The notes: generated from the letters alone by a model not told the origin. 40,992 nucleotides of DNA from Oligoflexia bacterium (GCA_043732305.1 JAYTHU010000038.1:1-40992); one strand, 5' to 3'. Shown: positions 1 to 9,792, counted from the stretch's first letter. Numbers and translations: made by a program.

Positions 1-39
1 AGTTGCCCGCGAAAATCATAAACGGCAACATCCAGGCAC

Positions 40-62
40 AAAAAAACCACCTTTAGGTGGTT
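40..62 (-). terminator. Intrinsic terminator, minus-strand direction
   Basis: Hairpin AACCACC-ttta-GGTGGTT preceded by A7, which is a U-tract on the minus strand. Confidence 0.55.
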
Positions 63-93
63 CGTAATTTTTCGACTTATTCGATCTTCGGAT

Positions 94-417
94 TTGGGTA
101 AAGATAGTATTGCGGACTTCAACAGAGGATTCAAAAAAGCACCTGAGACCCTTAAAAGACGACTTTTACGGGAAACAATCCAGCAATTGGTGCTGACTTC
201 TGAAGGTCTTGCAATTTGGTATTACTTGGCTGACGCAAAGATTCCAGGGAATAAGTTGCAGTTGGTTAAGGAACTCAAAAAAGGCCCCGAAGGAATTGAA
301 ACTGAGGTTCTGTTCCTTGCGCCCAGGGCTTCAGGCGATCACTCTAATCTACAGGTTTTAAGTTCGGATATTGGAAAGAATGGTGACTCGGATTGGATTC
401 GAACCAATGACCTATAG
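94..417 (+). pseudogene. C-terminal remnant of a large serine recombinase/integrase running into the tRNA 3' end
   Basis: KRRLLRETIQQLVLTSEGLAIWY resembles the coiled-coil-distal motif of large serine recombinases. The frame is closed upstream by TAA at 19-21, there is no catalytic domain or SD, and the stop lies inside the antisense tRNA. Confidence 0.55.
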
Positions 418-457
418 CTTAGAAGGCTATTGCTCTATCCAACTGAGCTACCGAGCC
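381..457 (-). tRNA. tRNA-Arg (TCT)
   Basis: Minus strand reads GGCTCGGTAGCTCAGTTGGATAGAGCAATAGCCTTCTAAGCTATAGGTCATTGGTTCGAATCCAATCCGAGTCACCA: full cloverleaf, anticodon TCT, encoded CCA. Confidence 0.97.
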
Positions 458-500
458 ATTTTTTTTGGATGTTACTTATCTATCATGTCAACCCGCAGAG

Positions 501-2138
501 TCAATCCCAGAGTGGTTTGAATTCTTCGGCCAAGTTCTCAGTTTGTCCTGCAGCGATCTGTCCAGACGTGTGTTCCGCATCGATCTGAGCCAACTGCAAA
601 TGACTGCTTAAATCCACGTTCACGGCTTGCCACTTGGTGTACGCATCAATAACCCAGATCCCACTTTCGCGAGTCCCGTTGCCGGAATTCTTGGTTCCAC
701 CGAAAGGCAAATGAGCTTCCGCGCCAGTGGTCGAATTGTTGATTGAAGTCATTCCTGCATCAATGCCGTTTTTAAATTTGTACATGTAATGGGGATTTTC
801 AGTGAAGATCGCTGAGGACAATCCATATTCGACGGCATTGGCCGCAACGAGAGCGTCATCGAAATTTTTCACTCGAACCACGTTGACGGTTGGCCCGAAA
901 ACTTCGGTCTGCGCCACGTTCATTTTCATGTTCACGTTGTCCCAAAGTGTGGGACCAACAAAAAATCCAGAATTGATGTCGCCTTCAAAATCTGCGGGCT
1001 TATTCTTATCCGTCAATCGACCATCGCCCAAAAGCATTTTTGCGCCATCGGCTTTAGCCATTTCAAAATGCTCCAAAAACTTTTGTCCGAATTTTTGATT
1101 CATCATCGGGCCGTAGTACGCAGTTGCATCTAGGCAAGGATTCCCAATTTTCAATTTTTTAGCGCCAGCCACAAAGTCACTGAGGAATTTATCTGCAATT
1201 TTCTCATGCAAAATAATATTTCCAGTGCTGGTGCAGCGCTGGCCGGCAGTTCCGTAGCAACTGAAGAGAGTGGCTTCAACAGCTTTGTTCAAATCAGCAT
1301 CTTCCATGATGACGAGAGGATTTTTGCCACCAAGTTCAAGTGAAGGGACTTGCAACTGTCTTCCGCAAGCTTCGCCGATGATTCGTCCAACGGAAGTGCT
1401 TCCGGTGAAACTGAATTTTTGGAACCAACCTTTGTCGATACCTTCAATCATGTGACTGCCGGTGCTATTCGCGCCGAGACCATTCACCACATTCACGCAA
1501 CCCTTGGGCAAGCCCGCTTGTTCAAAAAGTTTCACAAAGAGCGCTCCAATAGTGGGGGCGTCTTCGGAAGGTTTCCAAACAACGGTGTTACCAGAAATCA
1601 GTGCAGGAATAATTTTCCAGCTAGGAACAGCAATTGGAAAGTTTCCAGCAGAAATAATTCCCACGACGCCATAAGGACGTCTGTAGGTCATGCATTCTTT
1701 ATCGCGCATTTCAGACCAAACAGTTTGTCCGTACAATCTGCGGCCTTCACTTTGGAAGAAATAGGCGGTGTCGATAGCTTCCTGAACAGAACCCAAAGCT
1801 TCGCGTTTGGTTTTTCCAACTTCACGAGTGACCAGCCAAGCAAATTCTTCTTTGTGCTCGTGAAGCAGTCTTCCAAATTTTCCAATAATTTCTCCGCGAA
1901 CAGGAGCGGGAGTGTCAGCCCATTTTCGGAAAGCAGTTTTTGCCGCCATCACCGCGGCTTCAACTTCTTTCACACCAGCGATTGGAAAAACTCCCAGAGT
2001 GTCGTTTAAATCTGAGGGGTTCACGGATTTAAAAGTTTCGCCTGTTCCGTCAAACACTTCTTTATTATTTATGAATTGAAAACCTTGAAGGGTTTTGCCG
2101 TAACGGCTTCCTTTTTCAGAATTTGCTGTGAACTTCAT
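501..2138 (-). CDS. Aldehyde dehydrogenase, probably alpha-aminoadipate semialdehyde / piperideine-6-carboxylate dehydrogenase
   Basis: ALDH motifs GNFP, WKPSE, FTGST, LELGGKNP, GQRCT, EVFGP and PFGG. It lies directly downstream of lat. Start moved to the ATG at 2138, after a GGAGG SD. Confidence 0.9.
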   Translation of the reverse strand: MKFTANSEKGSRYGKTLQGFQFINNKEVFDGTGETFKSVNPSDLNDTLGVFPIAGVKEVEAAVMAAKTAFRKWADTPAPVRGEIIGKFGRLLHEHKEEFAWLVTREVGKTKREALGSVQEAIDTAYFFQSEGRRLYGQTVWSEMRDKECMTYRRPYGVVGIISAGNFPIAVPSWKIIPALISGNTVVWKPSEDAPTIGALFVKLFEQAGLPKGCVNVVNGLGANSTGSHMIEGIDKGWFQKFSFTGSTSVGRIIGEACGRQLQVPSLELGGKNPLVIMEDADLNKAVEATLFSCYGTAGQRCTSTGNIILHEKIADKFLSDFVAGAKKLKIGNPCLDATAYYGPMMNQKFGQKFLEHFEMAKADGAKMLLGDGRLTDKNKPADFEGDINSGFFVGPTLWDNVNMKMNVAQTEVFGPTVNVVRVKNFDDALVAANAVEYGLSSAIFTENPHYMYKFKNGIDAGMTSINNSTTGAEAHLPFGGTKNSGNGTRESGIWVIDAYTKWQAVNVDLSSHLQLAQIDAEHTSGQIAAGQTENLAEEFKPLWD

Positions 2139-2158
2139 TCTCAAACCTCCGGAAAATA

Positions 2159-3478
2159 TTAATTATATAATTTTTTAAATGTGGATTCGAAAAGACCCAT
2201 GGCCTCGTCAATGTCTTTGCGAGTGATATCAAGAACGGGGCGAAGTCTGATCGAGTGATCACCACAAACTAAAACAAGTAGTCCCAGATCCCATGCTATA
2301 CGGCGATATTTGTCGCGATCTTCCGAAGTCGGAAGATCAAACGCCACTAGCAATCCGCGGCCGCGAACATTCGTGACTTGTGGAAACTGTTTACTCAGTG
2401 AATGAATTTGTTCGAGAATATATGTCCCTTGTTTCGCGGCATTTTCTTGCAGTTTTTCATCTCTGATAATTTTTAAGTATTGGCTAGCTCTCACCATGTC
2501 TGTGAGATTTCCACCGAACGTCGAGTTGATGCGGCTAGAAACTTTAAAGACGTTGTCGACATCGTCAATACGATCTGACACCGCGACGCCGCCAATTTGC
2601 GCTTTTTTACCAAACGCCACAACATCAGGTTTCACTCCAAAATGTTCGTAGGCCCACCATTTTCCGGTGAGACCAAAACCTGTTTGGACTTCATCAAAAA
2701 TGAGAAGAGCTTCCTTTTCATCACAAATTTTTCTAAGTGCTTGAAGAAATTCAAGACGGAAATGATTGTCTCCGCCTTCGGATTGAATGGGTTCGATGAT
2801 GATGCAAGCAATGTCATCCGGATTATTTTTAAAGGCTGCGTCTATCTGTTCGAGCGCTAATTGTTCGGTCTTCTCTGTTTCAGCAAGAGATGCTGGTGTG
2901 AGGGGAAAATTCATTTTTGGATTTTTAATGCGTGGCCATTTGAATTTAGGAAAGTGCATAATCTTTTTGGGATCGGTGTTGGTGATACTCATGGTATAGC
3001 CAGAGCGGCCGTGGAAAGCTTGTTCGAAGTGAATGACCTGTTGGCCTTTTTCACCTTTTCCTTTGGCGATATTTTTTCGCACCTTCCAATCGAAAGCTGT
3101 CTTCAAAGCATTTTCAACCGCAAGAGCTCCACCTTCGATGAAGAAATATTTCTTAAAATGACCGCGACCACAAGTCTCGGCAAAGATCTGCACAAATTCT
3201 GCATATTCCGGAGTGTACATATCAGCGAGTACTGGTTTGATTTTAGCGCAACGTGTAAGAGTTTTAACAAACTCCGGTTCATTCATACGGGGATGATTGA
3301 ATCCAATGGGATTGCTTGCGAAGAAGCTAAAGAAATCGAAATATTTTTTGCCGGTGACAGCATCGAAAATATGAGATCCCTGACTTTTTTCTAAATCTAG
3401 AACGACGGGATAACCATCGACGAGAATATGACGTTGTAGGACCTCAAAAGTATTTTGTGCCGTTATCGATTCTGACAT
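2159..3478 (-). CDS. lat: L-lysine 6-transaminase (class III PLP aminotransferase)
   Basis: FFIEGGALAVENALKTAFDWK, AFHGRSGYTMS, EPIQSEGGDNH, DEVQTG, FGKK and SRINSTFGGNL are characteristic of LAT. Confidence 0.9.
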   Translation of the reverse strand: MSESITAQNTFEVLQRHILVDGYPVVLDLEKSQGSHIFDAVTGKKYFDFFSFFASNPIGFNHPRMNEPEFVKTLTRCAKIKPVLADMYTPEYAEFVQIFAETCGRGHFKKYFFIEGGALAVENALKTAFDWKVRKNIAKGKGEKGQQVIHFEQAFHGRSGYTMSITNTDPKKIMHFPKFKWPRIKNPKMNFPLTPASLAETEKTEQLALEQIDAAFKNNPDDIACIIIEPIQSEGGDNHFRLEFLQALRKICDEKEALLIFDEVQTGFGLTGKWWAYEHFGVKPDVVAFGKKAQIGGVAVSDRIDDVDNVFKVSSRINSTFGGNLTDMVRASQYLKIIRDEKLQENAAKQGTYILEQIHSLSKQFPQVTNVRGRGLLVAFDLPTSEDRDKYRRIAWDLGLLVLVCGDHSIRLRPVLDITRKDIDEAMGLFESTFKKLYN

Positions 3479-3580
3479 TACTGCTCACTCCTGCAAATTT
3501 ATTTTGCCCTATCCTAGGCGCTTTGCCCGAAAAAAACAACCCCCAGCAGGTACGCCGTACCTTTTGGTAGCTCACCTGTG

Positions 3581-3751
3581 TCATTTTCTATGTTTTTTGA
3601 GTGGTTTCTCGATTGAAGTTTGTCGGATTTGACGAATTTTGATTTCTTTAATAGTGATGCGCCGGTAAGGCCTGACTAGAAAATCTGCGCTGGATCGATA
3701 CAATTCGACAACTAGTGCCAGGCCCTTCTCAACCTTGCCAAGTTGAGCCAT
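3581..3751 (-). CDS. Possible 56-aa basic hypothetical protein (not in the ORF track)
   Basis: ATG 3751 to TGA 3581 gives MAQLGKVEKGLALVVELYRSSADFLVRPYRRITIKEIKIRQIRQTSIEKPLKKHRK. GAGGA lies upstream, and it is co-oriented with its neighbours. Confidence 0.3.
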   Translation of the reverse strand: MAQLGKVEKGLALVVELYRSSADFLVRPYRRITIKEIKIRQIRQTSIEKPLKKHRK

Positions 3752-3943
3752 TGTAAAACGGCTTCCTCTGAAGTCGATTAGTCTGCAAGTATCCGTTTTT
3801 CTTTTTTCCTTCTATCAACTCGCCATAAATTTTTGATGTTTTGGAAATATCTGTGAAAGCTTCCAATTGGCATTCATGGATTGCAGGTGTGAATCAATCA
3901 ACTTATTTCTGGATACCCTGGAGCTCGGGTCCCCAAAAAATAA

Positions 3944-5029
3944 TTACATTCGACGGATTTTACCGTATGCGAGAAGTGTCTTTTCAACCATTTCCTCAAC
4001 AGTTAAAACGTTGTGGCGAGGTTGGGAAGCTGCCCGCGGCGCAGGAATAGCTTTTTTCATTTCTTTTTTAAGCGCTTCTTTGTCTCTGGGCGGGCCATAA
4101 AAATGAACGAGACTTCCGGACAATTCTTCTTGAGCGGATCCTTGAGATAAAATCACGGGGGTTCCCAAAGCCAACGCTTCTGCTGCTGGATAATTAAAAC
4201 CTTCAATCATACTTGTGCTGATCAATGCGCGACTTTGCCTCATGCTTCTTTTTAAACTATCGTCACTCACATTTTTAAGTACAGTGATTTTCTCTTTTTC
4301 TAAAGCAGATAGACCCCATTGGTCCGGAATGTCATTTCCCGAAAGTGCCAGCTGAAGTTTAAAATCCTCCCCCTCATTCCACAGGTCCCGCGAGGCTTCA
4401 ATCAATGTTTGAATATTTTTGTGTTCTTTAGTGTTTCCGACGCAAATAAACGCTGGCGAAGAAATTCCGGGACCTGAGGATTCCGCAAGTTCAGAAGTTT
4501 CAAACCAAGATTTTTCAAGCCCATTTCTGACCACATGAACTTTGTCGGGCCTCAATTGGAATTGATCGATTATTTCCTTCTTGCCCCACTCAGAAACCGC
4601 TAGTACGGCTCTTGCTTTTTGCAAGGCCCCGTGGACCACGAGTTTATAATAGGCTTGGTGTTTTAGATTTCGGTCTTGGGAAAGATGAATTGTGTCGTGA
4701 ATCGTGATCACTGTTTTTCCCCAGGTAATTGGAGCCCAGGGCATAGGCACGGCAAAAGAAGGGAAGTGAATGATGTCAAACTTATGAAGATCCCAGCGAA
4801 TGTTGATAAACGAAAGAGACCAAGATTCTCTTGCCGACGCAAATTTTACGGGAAGGTGGAACACTTGAGTGATTGTCTCAGGCTCAAACGCAGCAGGAGC
4901 TTCCGGTTTGTCATAAATGATACTGATTTCACAGCCCTTACGCTTGAGTCCGTGAATCAGATCCACGGTGTATCGACCTATGCCATGCACATTTTCGCCC
5001 ACCATTCGGGCATCGAGGAGAATTTTCAT
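3944..5029 (-). CDS. Glycosyltransferase family 4 (GT-B)
   Basis: N-terminal MKILLDAR..GIGRY, TIHD, AVSE, HKN, and a C-terminal EGFNYPAAEA (EX7E) motif. Confidence 0.9.
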   Translation of the reverse strand: MKILLDARMVGENVHGIGRYTVDLIHGLKRKGCEISIIYDKPEAPAAFEPETITQVFHLPVKFASARESWSLSFINIRWDLHKFDIIHFPSFAVPMPWAPITWGKTVITIHDTIHLSQDRNLKHQAYYKLVVHGALQKARAVLAVSEWGKKEIIDQFQLRPDKVHVVRNGLEKSWFETSELAESSGPGISSPAFICVGNTKEHKNIQTLIEASRDLWNEGEDFKLQLALSGNDIPDQWGLSALEKEKITVLKNVSDDSLKRSMRQSRALISTSMIEGFNYPAAEALALGTPVILSQGSAQEELSGSLVHFYGPPRDKEALKKEMKKAIPAPRAASQPRHNVLTVEEMVEKTLLAYGKIRRM

Positions 5030-5089
5030 GAGCTGACAATACCGGTAAGTGCTTGAATTTTCTAGTCGAAAAGATTTAATGTGTAGGGA

Positions 5090-6508
5090 ATGTTAAAACA
5101 ACACCATAAATTTTTAAATTTGGTTTTCCAAGTTTTCGATCTATTTCTAATCACGATGGCGTGGCTCGCCGCATACCCCATGCGTCTAGTGTATTTGCGT
5201 GAAATTTTTCCGGTCAAAAAGGGGATTCCGCTTTACGATCAATATGCGTACTTGAGTTTTGGAATTGCGGTACTTTGGTTCGCCGCTTTTTATATGTCAG
5301 GAGTTTATAAATCTCGACGCACCCAAAATATTTGGCCTGAGCTTGCGACAATTATTCGCGCTCATTCATTTGCCTTCCTGACCTTGGCCGCTCTGACTTT
5401 TCTGCTCACAGGAGAATTGTTTTCTCGCGGTGTTTTCCTCGTTTTTTACGTCCTTGGGCTAACGCTTTTACTCAGCGAGAGAATTGTCTTTCGCTATGTC
5501 CTTAAAAATTTGCGCAGACGAGGTTTTAATCAACGTCATACTCTTATTATTGGGGATAACGAAATCTCTTCGGCGTTTTTAGAAAGACTCAAGCATCACA
5601 CGGAACTGGGCTTGAATGTCAAAGGAGTCGTCGATTTAAAATCAGACCATTCAGATAATAAGCACCATGTTTCTACTGGATTGCCTGTTCTTGGCAGGTC
5701 TTCGGATTTGCAAGATTTGCTTTTGGCGCATGACATTGATCAAGTCATTATCGCGCTAAAAAATTCTGAAAAAGAAGACATGGAAAAAATTCTGAACAGT
5801 TTGATTGATTCACCGGTAGAAGTGAGAATCATCCCCGATCTCCACCAATATATCACTTTGGGTTGTGACGTCGAAGAGTTCGAAGGTTTGCCACTGATTT
5901 CATTAAATCAAAGTCCAATTGTTGGATGGAATCGCGTCGCCAAGCGAGCGTCAGATATTGCCTACGCGTGTATTGCGCTGATTTTATTTTCTCCTTTTAT
6001 GATATTAATTTCTTTGGCGATTAAAATTTTTACTCCCGGTCCGATAATTTATCGTCAGCAGCGAATGGGTTTAGACAATCGAGTTTTTGATATGTTGAAG
6101 TTTCGAACTATGAAAGTTGATGCCGAATCTGGAACTGGCGCAGTTTGGGCCGCCAAAGGTGATGGTCGTGCCACCTGGCTAGGAAAAATTCTCCGTAAAT
6201 TTTCGTTGGATGAACTTCCTCAGCTTTTCAATGTTTTGCGTGGAGAGATGAGTTGCGTTGGCCCTCGTCCGGAGCGTCCCTCTTTGGTAGAAAAATTCAA
6301 AAATGATATCCCTCGCTACATGCTCCGTCACAAGGTTAAATCCGGAATGACGGGTTGGGCGCAAATCAACGGCCTACGTGGAAACACATCACTTCAAAAG
6401 CGAATCGAATTTGATCTGTATTACATTTCAAATTGGTCGTTGCTCTTTGATTTCAAAATAATGTTTCTGACAATCTTCAAAGGCTTCGTTTCCAAGAACG
6501 CCTACTAA
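5090..6508 (+). CDS. wcaJ: Undecaprenyl-phosphate hexose phosphotransferase (WcaJ/WbaP family)
   Basis: N-terminal TM helices, a central Rossmann-like region, and C-terminal KFRTM, LDELPQLFNVLRGEMSCVGPRP and GMTGWAQING. Confidence 0.9.
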   Translation: MLKQHHKFLNLVFQVFDLFLITMAWLAAYPMRLVYLREIFPVKKGIPLYDQYAYLSFGIAVLWFAAFYMSGVYKSRRTQNIWPELATIIRAHSFAFLTLAALTFLLTGELFSRGVFLVFYVLGLTLLLSERIVFRYVLKNLRRRGFNQRHTLIIGDNEISSAFLERLKHHTELGLNVKGVVDLKSDHSDNKHHVSTGLPVLGRSSDLQDLLLAHDIDQVIIALKNSEKEDMEKILNSLIDSPVEVRIIPDLHQYITLGCDVEEFEGLPLISLNQSPIVGWNRVAKRASDIAYACIALILFSPFMILISLAIKIFTPGPIIYRQQRMGLDNRVFDMLKFRTMKVDAESGTGAVWAAKGDGRATWLGKILRKFSLDELPQLFNVLRGEMSCVGPRPERPSLVEKFKNDIPRYMLRHKVKSGMTGWAQINGLRGNTSLQKRIEFDLYYISNWSLLFDFKIMFLTIFKGFVSKNAY

Positions 6509-6511
6509 AAC

Positions 6512-7444
6512 TTAGATTTGGGTTTTAAAATACTTTAATGTTTCTGCCAAACCATCTTTGAGTGACACTTTCGGTTCCCAATTGAGTTCGGCGCGGGCTT
6601 TTGTGATGTCGGGTTTGCGCTTCAGAGGATCGTTTGTGGGTAATGGACGCACTTCAGTTTCGAATGGTGAATCACAAACTTCGGCCACGGTTTTTGCCAA
6701 TTCTAAGATGGTCAGCTCGCTGGGATTGCCAATGTTTGTCGGTGTGGTGACGGAACTTTGCATTAGTTTGTAGAGGCCATCAACTAAATCTGTCACGTAA
6801 CATAAGCTTCGTGTTTGCGATCCATCGCCATAAATCGTGAGTGGTTTCTTAGCCAATGCTTGCATAAAGAAGTTCGGAATCACTCGGCCATCTTCCGGGC
6901 GCATGCGGGGGCCGTAGGTATTAAAAATTCTTACAATTCGAGTGTCTACCGAATATCTATTTTTCCAAGCCATGGTCAGAGCTTCACCGAAACGCTTTGC
7001 TTCGTCATAACAACCGCGAGGACCGACACAATTTACATTTCCAAAATAAGTTTCTACTTGAGGATGAACTTCGGGATCTCCGTACACCTCTGATGTAGAC
7101 GCAAAAAGAATTTTAGCACTATTAGTTTTGGCCCATTCCAAAAGATTCATGTGACCAATGGAGTTCGTCTTTAAAATAAAATCAGGGATTCTTTCGAAAT
7201 CAATCGGACTTGCAGGGCTCGCCAAATTGTAGATTTCATCACACTTCACATTCATAAATAGAGGCGTGATTATGTTGTGTTCGAGCCAATTGAAATGGGG
7301 ATTGTGCAGAAGATGCTCAATATTCTGTCTTCGGCCTGTGATTAGACAATCGATGGCGTAAACTTTGTAATCACGAGCAAGGAGATATTCACAAAGATGG
7401 CTGCCTACAAATCCTGCTCCACCCGCAATCAGCGCCGTTTTCAT
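6512..7444 (-). CDS. UDP-glucuronate decarboxylase (UDP-xylose synthase) family SDR
   Basis: GGAGFVGSHL, LASPASP, ASTSEVYGDP, GPRGCYDEAKR, RIFNTYGPRM and GDGSQTRS. Confidence 0.9.
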   Translation of the reverse strand: MKTALIAGGAGFVGSHLCEYLLARDYKVYAIDCLITGRRQNIEHLLHNPHFNWLEHNIITPLFMNVKCDEIYNLASPASPIDFERIPDFILKTNSIGHMNLLEWAKTNSAKILFASTSEVYGDPEVHPQVETYFGNVNCVGPRGCYDEAKRFGEALTMAWKNRYSVDTRIVRIFNTYGPRMRPEDGRVIPNFFMQALAKKPLTIYGDGSQTRSLCYVTDLVDGLYKLMQSSVTTPTNIGNPSELTILELAKTVAEVCDSPFETEVRPLPTNDPLKRKPDITKARAELNWEPKVSLKDGLAETLKYFKTQI

Positions 7445-8745
7445 TTGGCTTCCCGACCAATACTGTAATAGGTGAAACCTTCTTCACGTATCAGATGCGG
7501 ATCGAAAATATTTCTGCCGTCAAAAATCACATTTTGTTTAAGCGCCGATTTCATTGTTTCAAATGTGGGGCTTCGGAATTCGTTCCACTCCGTTGCGATA
7601 ACTAAACCATCACAATCTTGCAGTGCTTCATAATTTGATTTGCAATAGGTAATTTTTTCGCCGAAACGCTTTTTTGTATTTTCCATAGCGACTGGGTCAA
7701 AGACTCTAAGCTTCACGCCTTCTTTTAAAAGAGCATCGATGATTTCGAAAGCTGGCGCTTCCCTCACATCATCTGTGCGAGGCTTGAATGCGAGTCCCCA
7801 TATTGCGAGTTGAACTCCCGATAATTTCTTGTAATGATTTTTTATTTTTTCAACAATGACTGTTTTTTGAGTGTCGTTGGCTTTGTCCGTCGCTCTGACC
7901 ACGCTCATAGCGATTCCATATTCTTCGCCAGTTTTAATTAGCGCCTTCACATCTTTAGGGAAACAGCTTCCGCCGTAACCAACTCCTGGGTAGAAGAACG
8001 CGGGGTTGATTCGAGAATCAGTGGTGAATCCTTTTTTTATTTCCTCAATATCAGCACCAACGGCATCGGCTAAAAGTGCTAGCTCATTGATGAAACTGAT
8101 CTTCGTAGCTAAGAACGCGTTCGCGGCGTATTTGCACATCTCCGCTGCTTTATTTTTCATAAATAAAATTGGGTTATCATTTTTTACAAATGGAGAATAA
8201 AGTTCAAACATGACTTCTTTGGCTCGCTCTGTGGAATGGCCAATGACAACACGGTCAGGCTTTAAAAAGTCTTCAATAGATGCGCCTTCTTTTAGAAATT
8301 CAGGATTGCTAACGATGTCGAAGGGCAGTGTAGTGATGCTTTTCATGAGCTGAGTTACTTTTTCAGCAGTGCCCACGGGGACTGTGCTTTTTAGGACTAC
8401 GATTTTTTCTTCTTTCATATTTTGCGCAATAAATTCCGCGACGCCCAGAACATGTCTGAGATCAGCTGAACCGTCTTCGTTTTCAGGTGTTCCTACGGCA
8501 ATAAATATGACGGAAGAGTTTTCCACAGCTTTCATTTTGTCGGTTGTAAAGACAATGCGGCCAGCTTTGATGCTTGATTTCAATAGTTCTTCTAAGCCAG
8601 GTTCATAAATGGGCACTTGACCATCTTGGAGCTGGCGAATCTTATTTTCATCGATGTCTATGCCTGTGACTTCATTGCCAGCATCGGCGAAACAAACACC
8701 TGCCACAAGGCCCACATATCCTGTTCCAAAAACTGAAAGTTTCAT
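7441..8745 (-). CDS. ugd: UDP-glucose 6-dehydrogenase
   Basis: GTGYVGL, PIYEPGL, KSTVPVGT, NPEFLKEG, GYGGSCFPKD and FKPRTDDVRE. ATGA overlap with the next gene. Confidence 0.93.
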   Translation of the reverse strand: MKLSVFGTGYVGLVAGVCFADAGNEVTGIDIDENKIRQLQDGQVPIYEPGLEELLKSSIKAGRIVFTTDKMKAVENSSVIFIAVGTPENEDGSADLRHVLGVAEFIAQNMKEEKIVVLKSTVPVGTAEKVTQLMKSITTLPFDIVSNPEFLKEGASIEDFLKPDRVVIGHSTERAKEVMFELYSPFVKNDNPILFMKNKAAEMCKYAANAFLATKISFINELALLADAVGADIEEIKKGFTTDSRINPAFFYPGVGYGGSCFPKDVKALIKTGEEYGIAMSVVRATDKANDTQKTVIVEKIKNHYKKLSGVQLAIWGLAFKPRTDDVREAPAFEIIDALLKEGVKLRVFDPVAMENTKKRFGEKITYCKSNYEALQDCDGLVIATEWNEFRSPTFETMKSALKQNVIFDGRNIFDPHLIREEGFTYYSIGREAK

Positions 8746-8808
8746 TTATAGTTCTCCTCAATTGACTTAGATGAAAGTTAAGCTAGCAGATAGGAATACG
8801 GTTTACAA

Positions 8809-9792
8809 GTGGTGCATCGAGCGAAAAAATTCATTCTCAACCTTGCCAAAGTGGCCTTCGCGGTCGCTCTGATATATTGGTTGATTCACTCCAAGAAAAT
8901 CACTACGGAGCCCTTTGTCTTAATGGCAAAATCGGCGTGGTTGATTCCGCTCAGTCTGGCCTCCTGCTTAGCTATCATACTGATTAATAACTACCGCTGG
9001 CAGTTGCTCCTGCATGGTCAACAAATTGAAGTCAGTTTTTGGGAGGCATTAAAGTTAAGTTTCATCGGTATGTTTTTTAATCTGGCGATGCCTGGGAGTG
9101 TGGGGGGAGATGTGCTTAAGGCCTACTACATAACTCGCACTCACCCGCATGCCAAGCTTAAGGTTGTGACGAGCGTTCTTTTGGATCGTATTGTCGGATT
9201 ATATTCCGTCATCATTATTGCCTTTGTAGCGGTTGTTTCGCAGTGGGATCATATTAAAAAAGTTGCTCCACTGAGAGGCCTCGCATTTTTTATTTTATTT
9301 TTGATCTGCGCTTTTTCCACATTTTTTGTGATCGGATTTTCGAGGCGAATACGCGGTCACTCTTTTACTGAAGGACTAATTAAAAAAGCGCCTGCTGCCA
9401 AATTTATTGAAAAAGTCTATGACGGTATTCATGCTTTTCGAGGGGGGCAGAGACAATTTGTAATCGGAGTTTTATTGAGTCTTGTCTCTCAATCGCAAAT
9501 GATTTTTGTTCTCTATTTTATTGCCAAGGAACTTGGCTTTAATCCGAGTTTCAAATCTTTTTTCTTTGTCTTCCCTGTTGGATTCATGGCAACTGCCATT
9601 CCTATCAGTCCCGCAGGTGTGGGCGTAGGGCAAGTCGTTTTTCTAAAACTTTTTCAATGGTACACTGGCGAAAGTGGAACTGTCGGTCCAACTATGATCA
9701 CGATCAATCAGGTGTCGATGGCTTTGTGGAGTCTCGTCGGCGCGGCGGTTTACTTTATGTACAAATCAGAAGTAAAGAATGCAGGAACTTAA
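8809..9792 (+). CDS. Lysylphosphatidylglycerol synthase TM-domain / YbhN-like putative flippase
   Basis: Multi-pass membrane protein with RWQLLL, FFN..PGSVGGDVLKAYY, LLDR..GL and PISPAGVGV motifs. Confidence 0.85.
   Translation: MVHRAKKFILNLAKVAFAVALIYWLIHSKKITTEPFVLMAKSAWLIPLSLASCLAIILINNYRWQLLLHGQQIEVSFWEALKLSFIGMFFNLAMPGSVGGDVLKAYYITRTHPHAKLKVVTSVLLDRIVGLYSVIIIAFVAVVSQWDHIKKVAPLRGLAFFILFLICAFSTFFVIGFSRRIRGHSFTEGLIKKAPAAKFIEKVYDGIHAFRGGQRQFVIGVLLSLVSQSQMIFVLYFIAKELGFNPSFKSFFFVFPVGFMATAIPISPAGVGVGQVVFLKLFQWYTGESGTVGPTMITINQVSMALWSLVGAAVYFMYKSEVKNAGT

Noticed and set aside
802..3394. Several plus-strand ORFs of up to 219 aa over the ALDH and lat genes
   Set aside because: These are antisense shadows of well-supported genes and carry no motifs.
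3868..3885. TGGCATTCATGGATTGCA as a sigma54 promoter
   Set aside because: The GG-to-GC spacing is 12 nt rather than the required 10.
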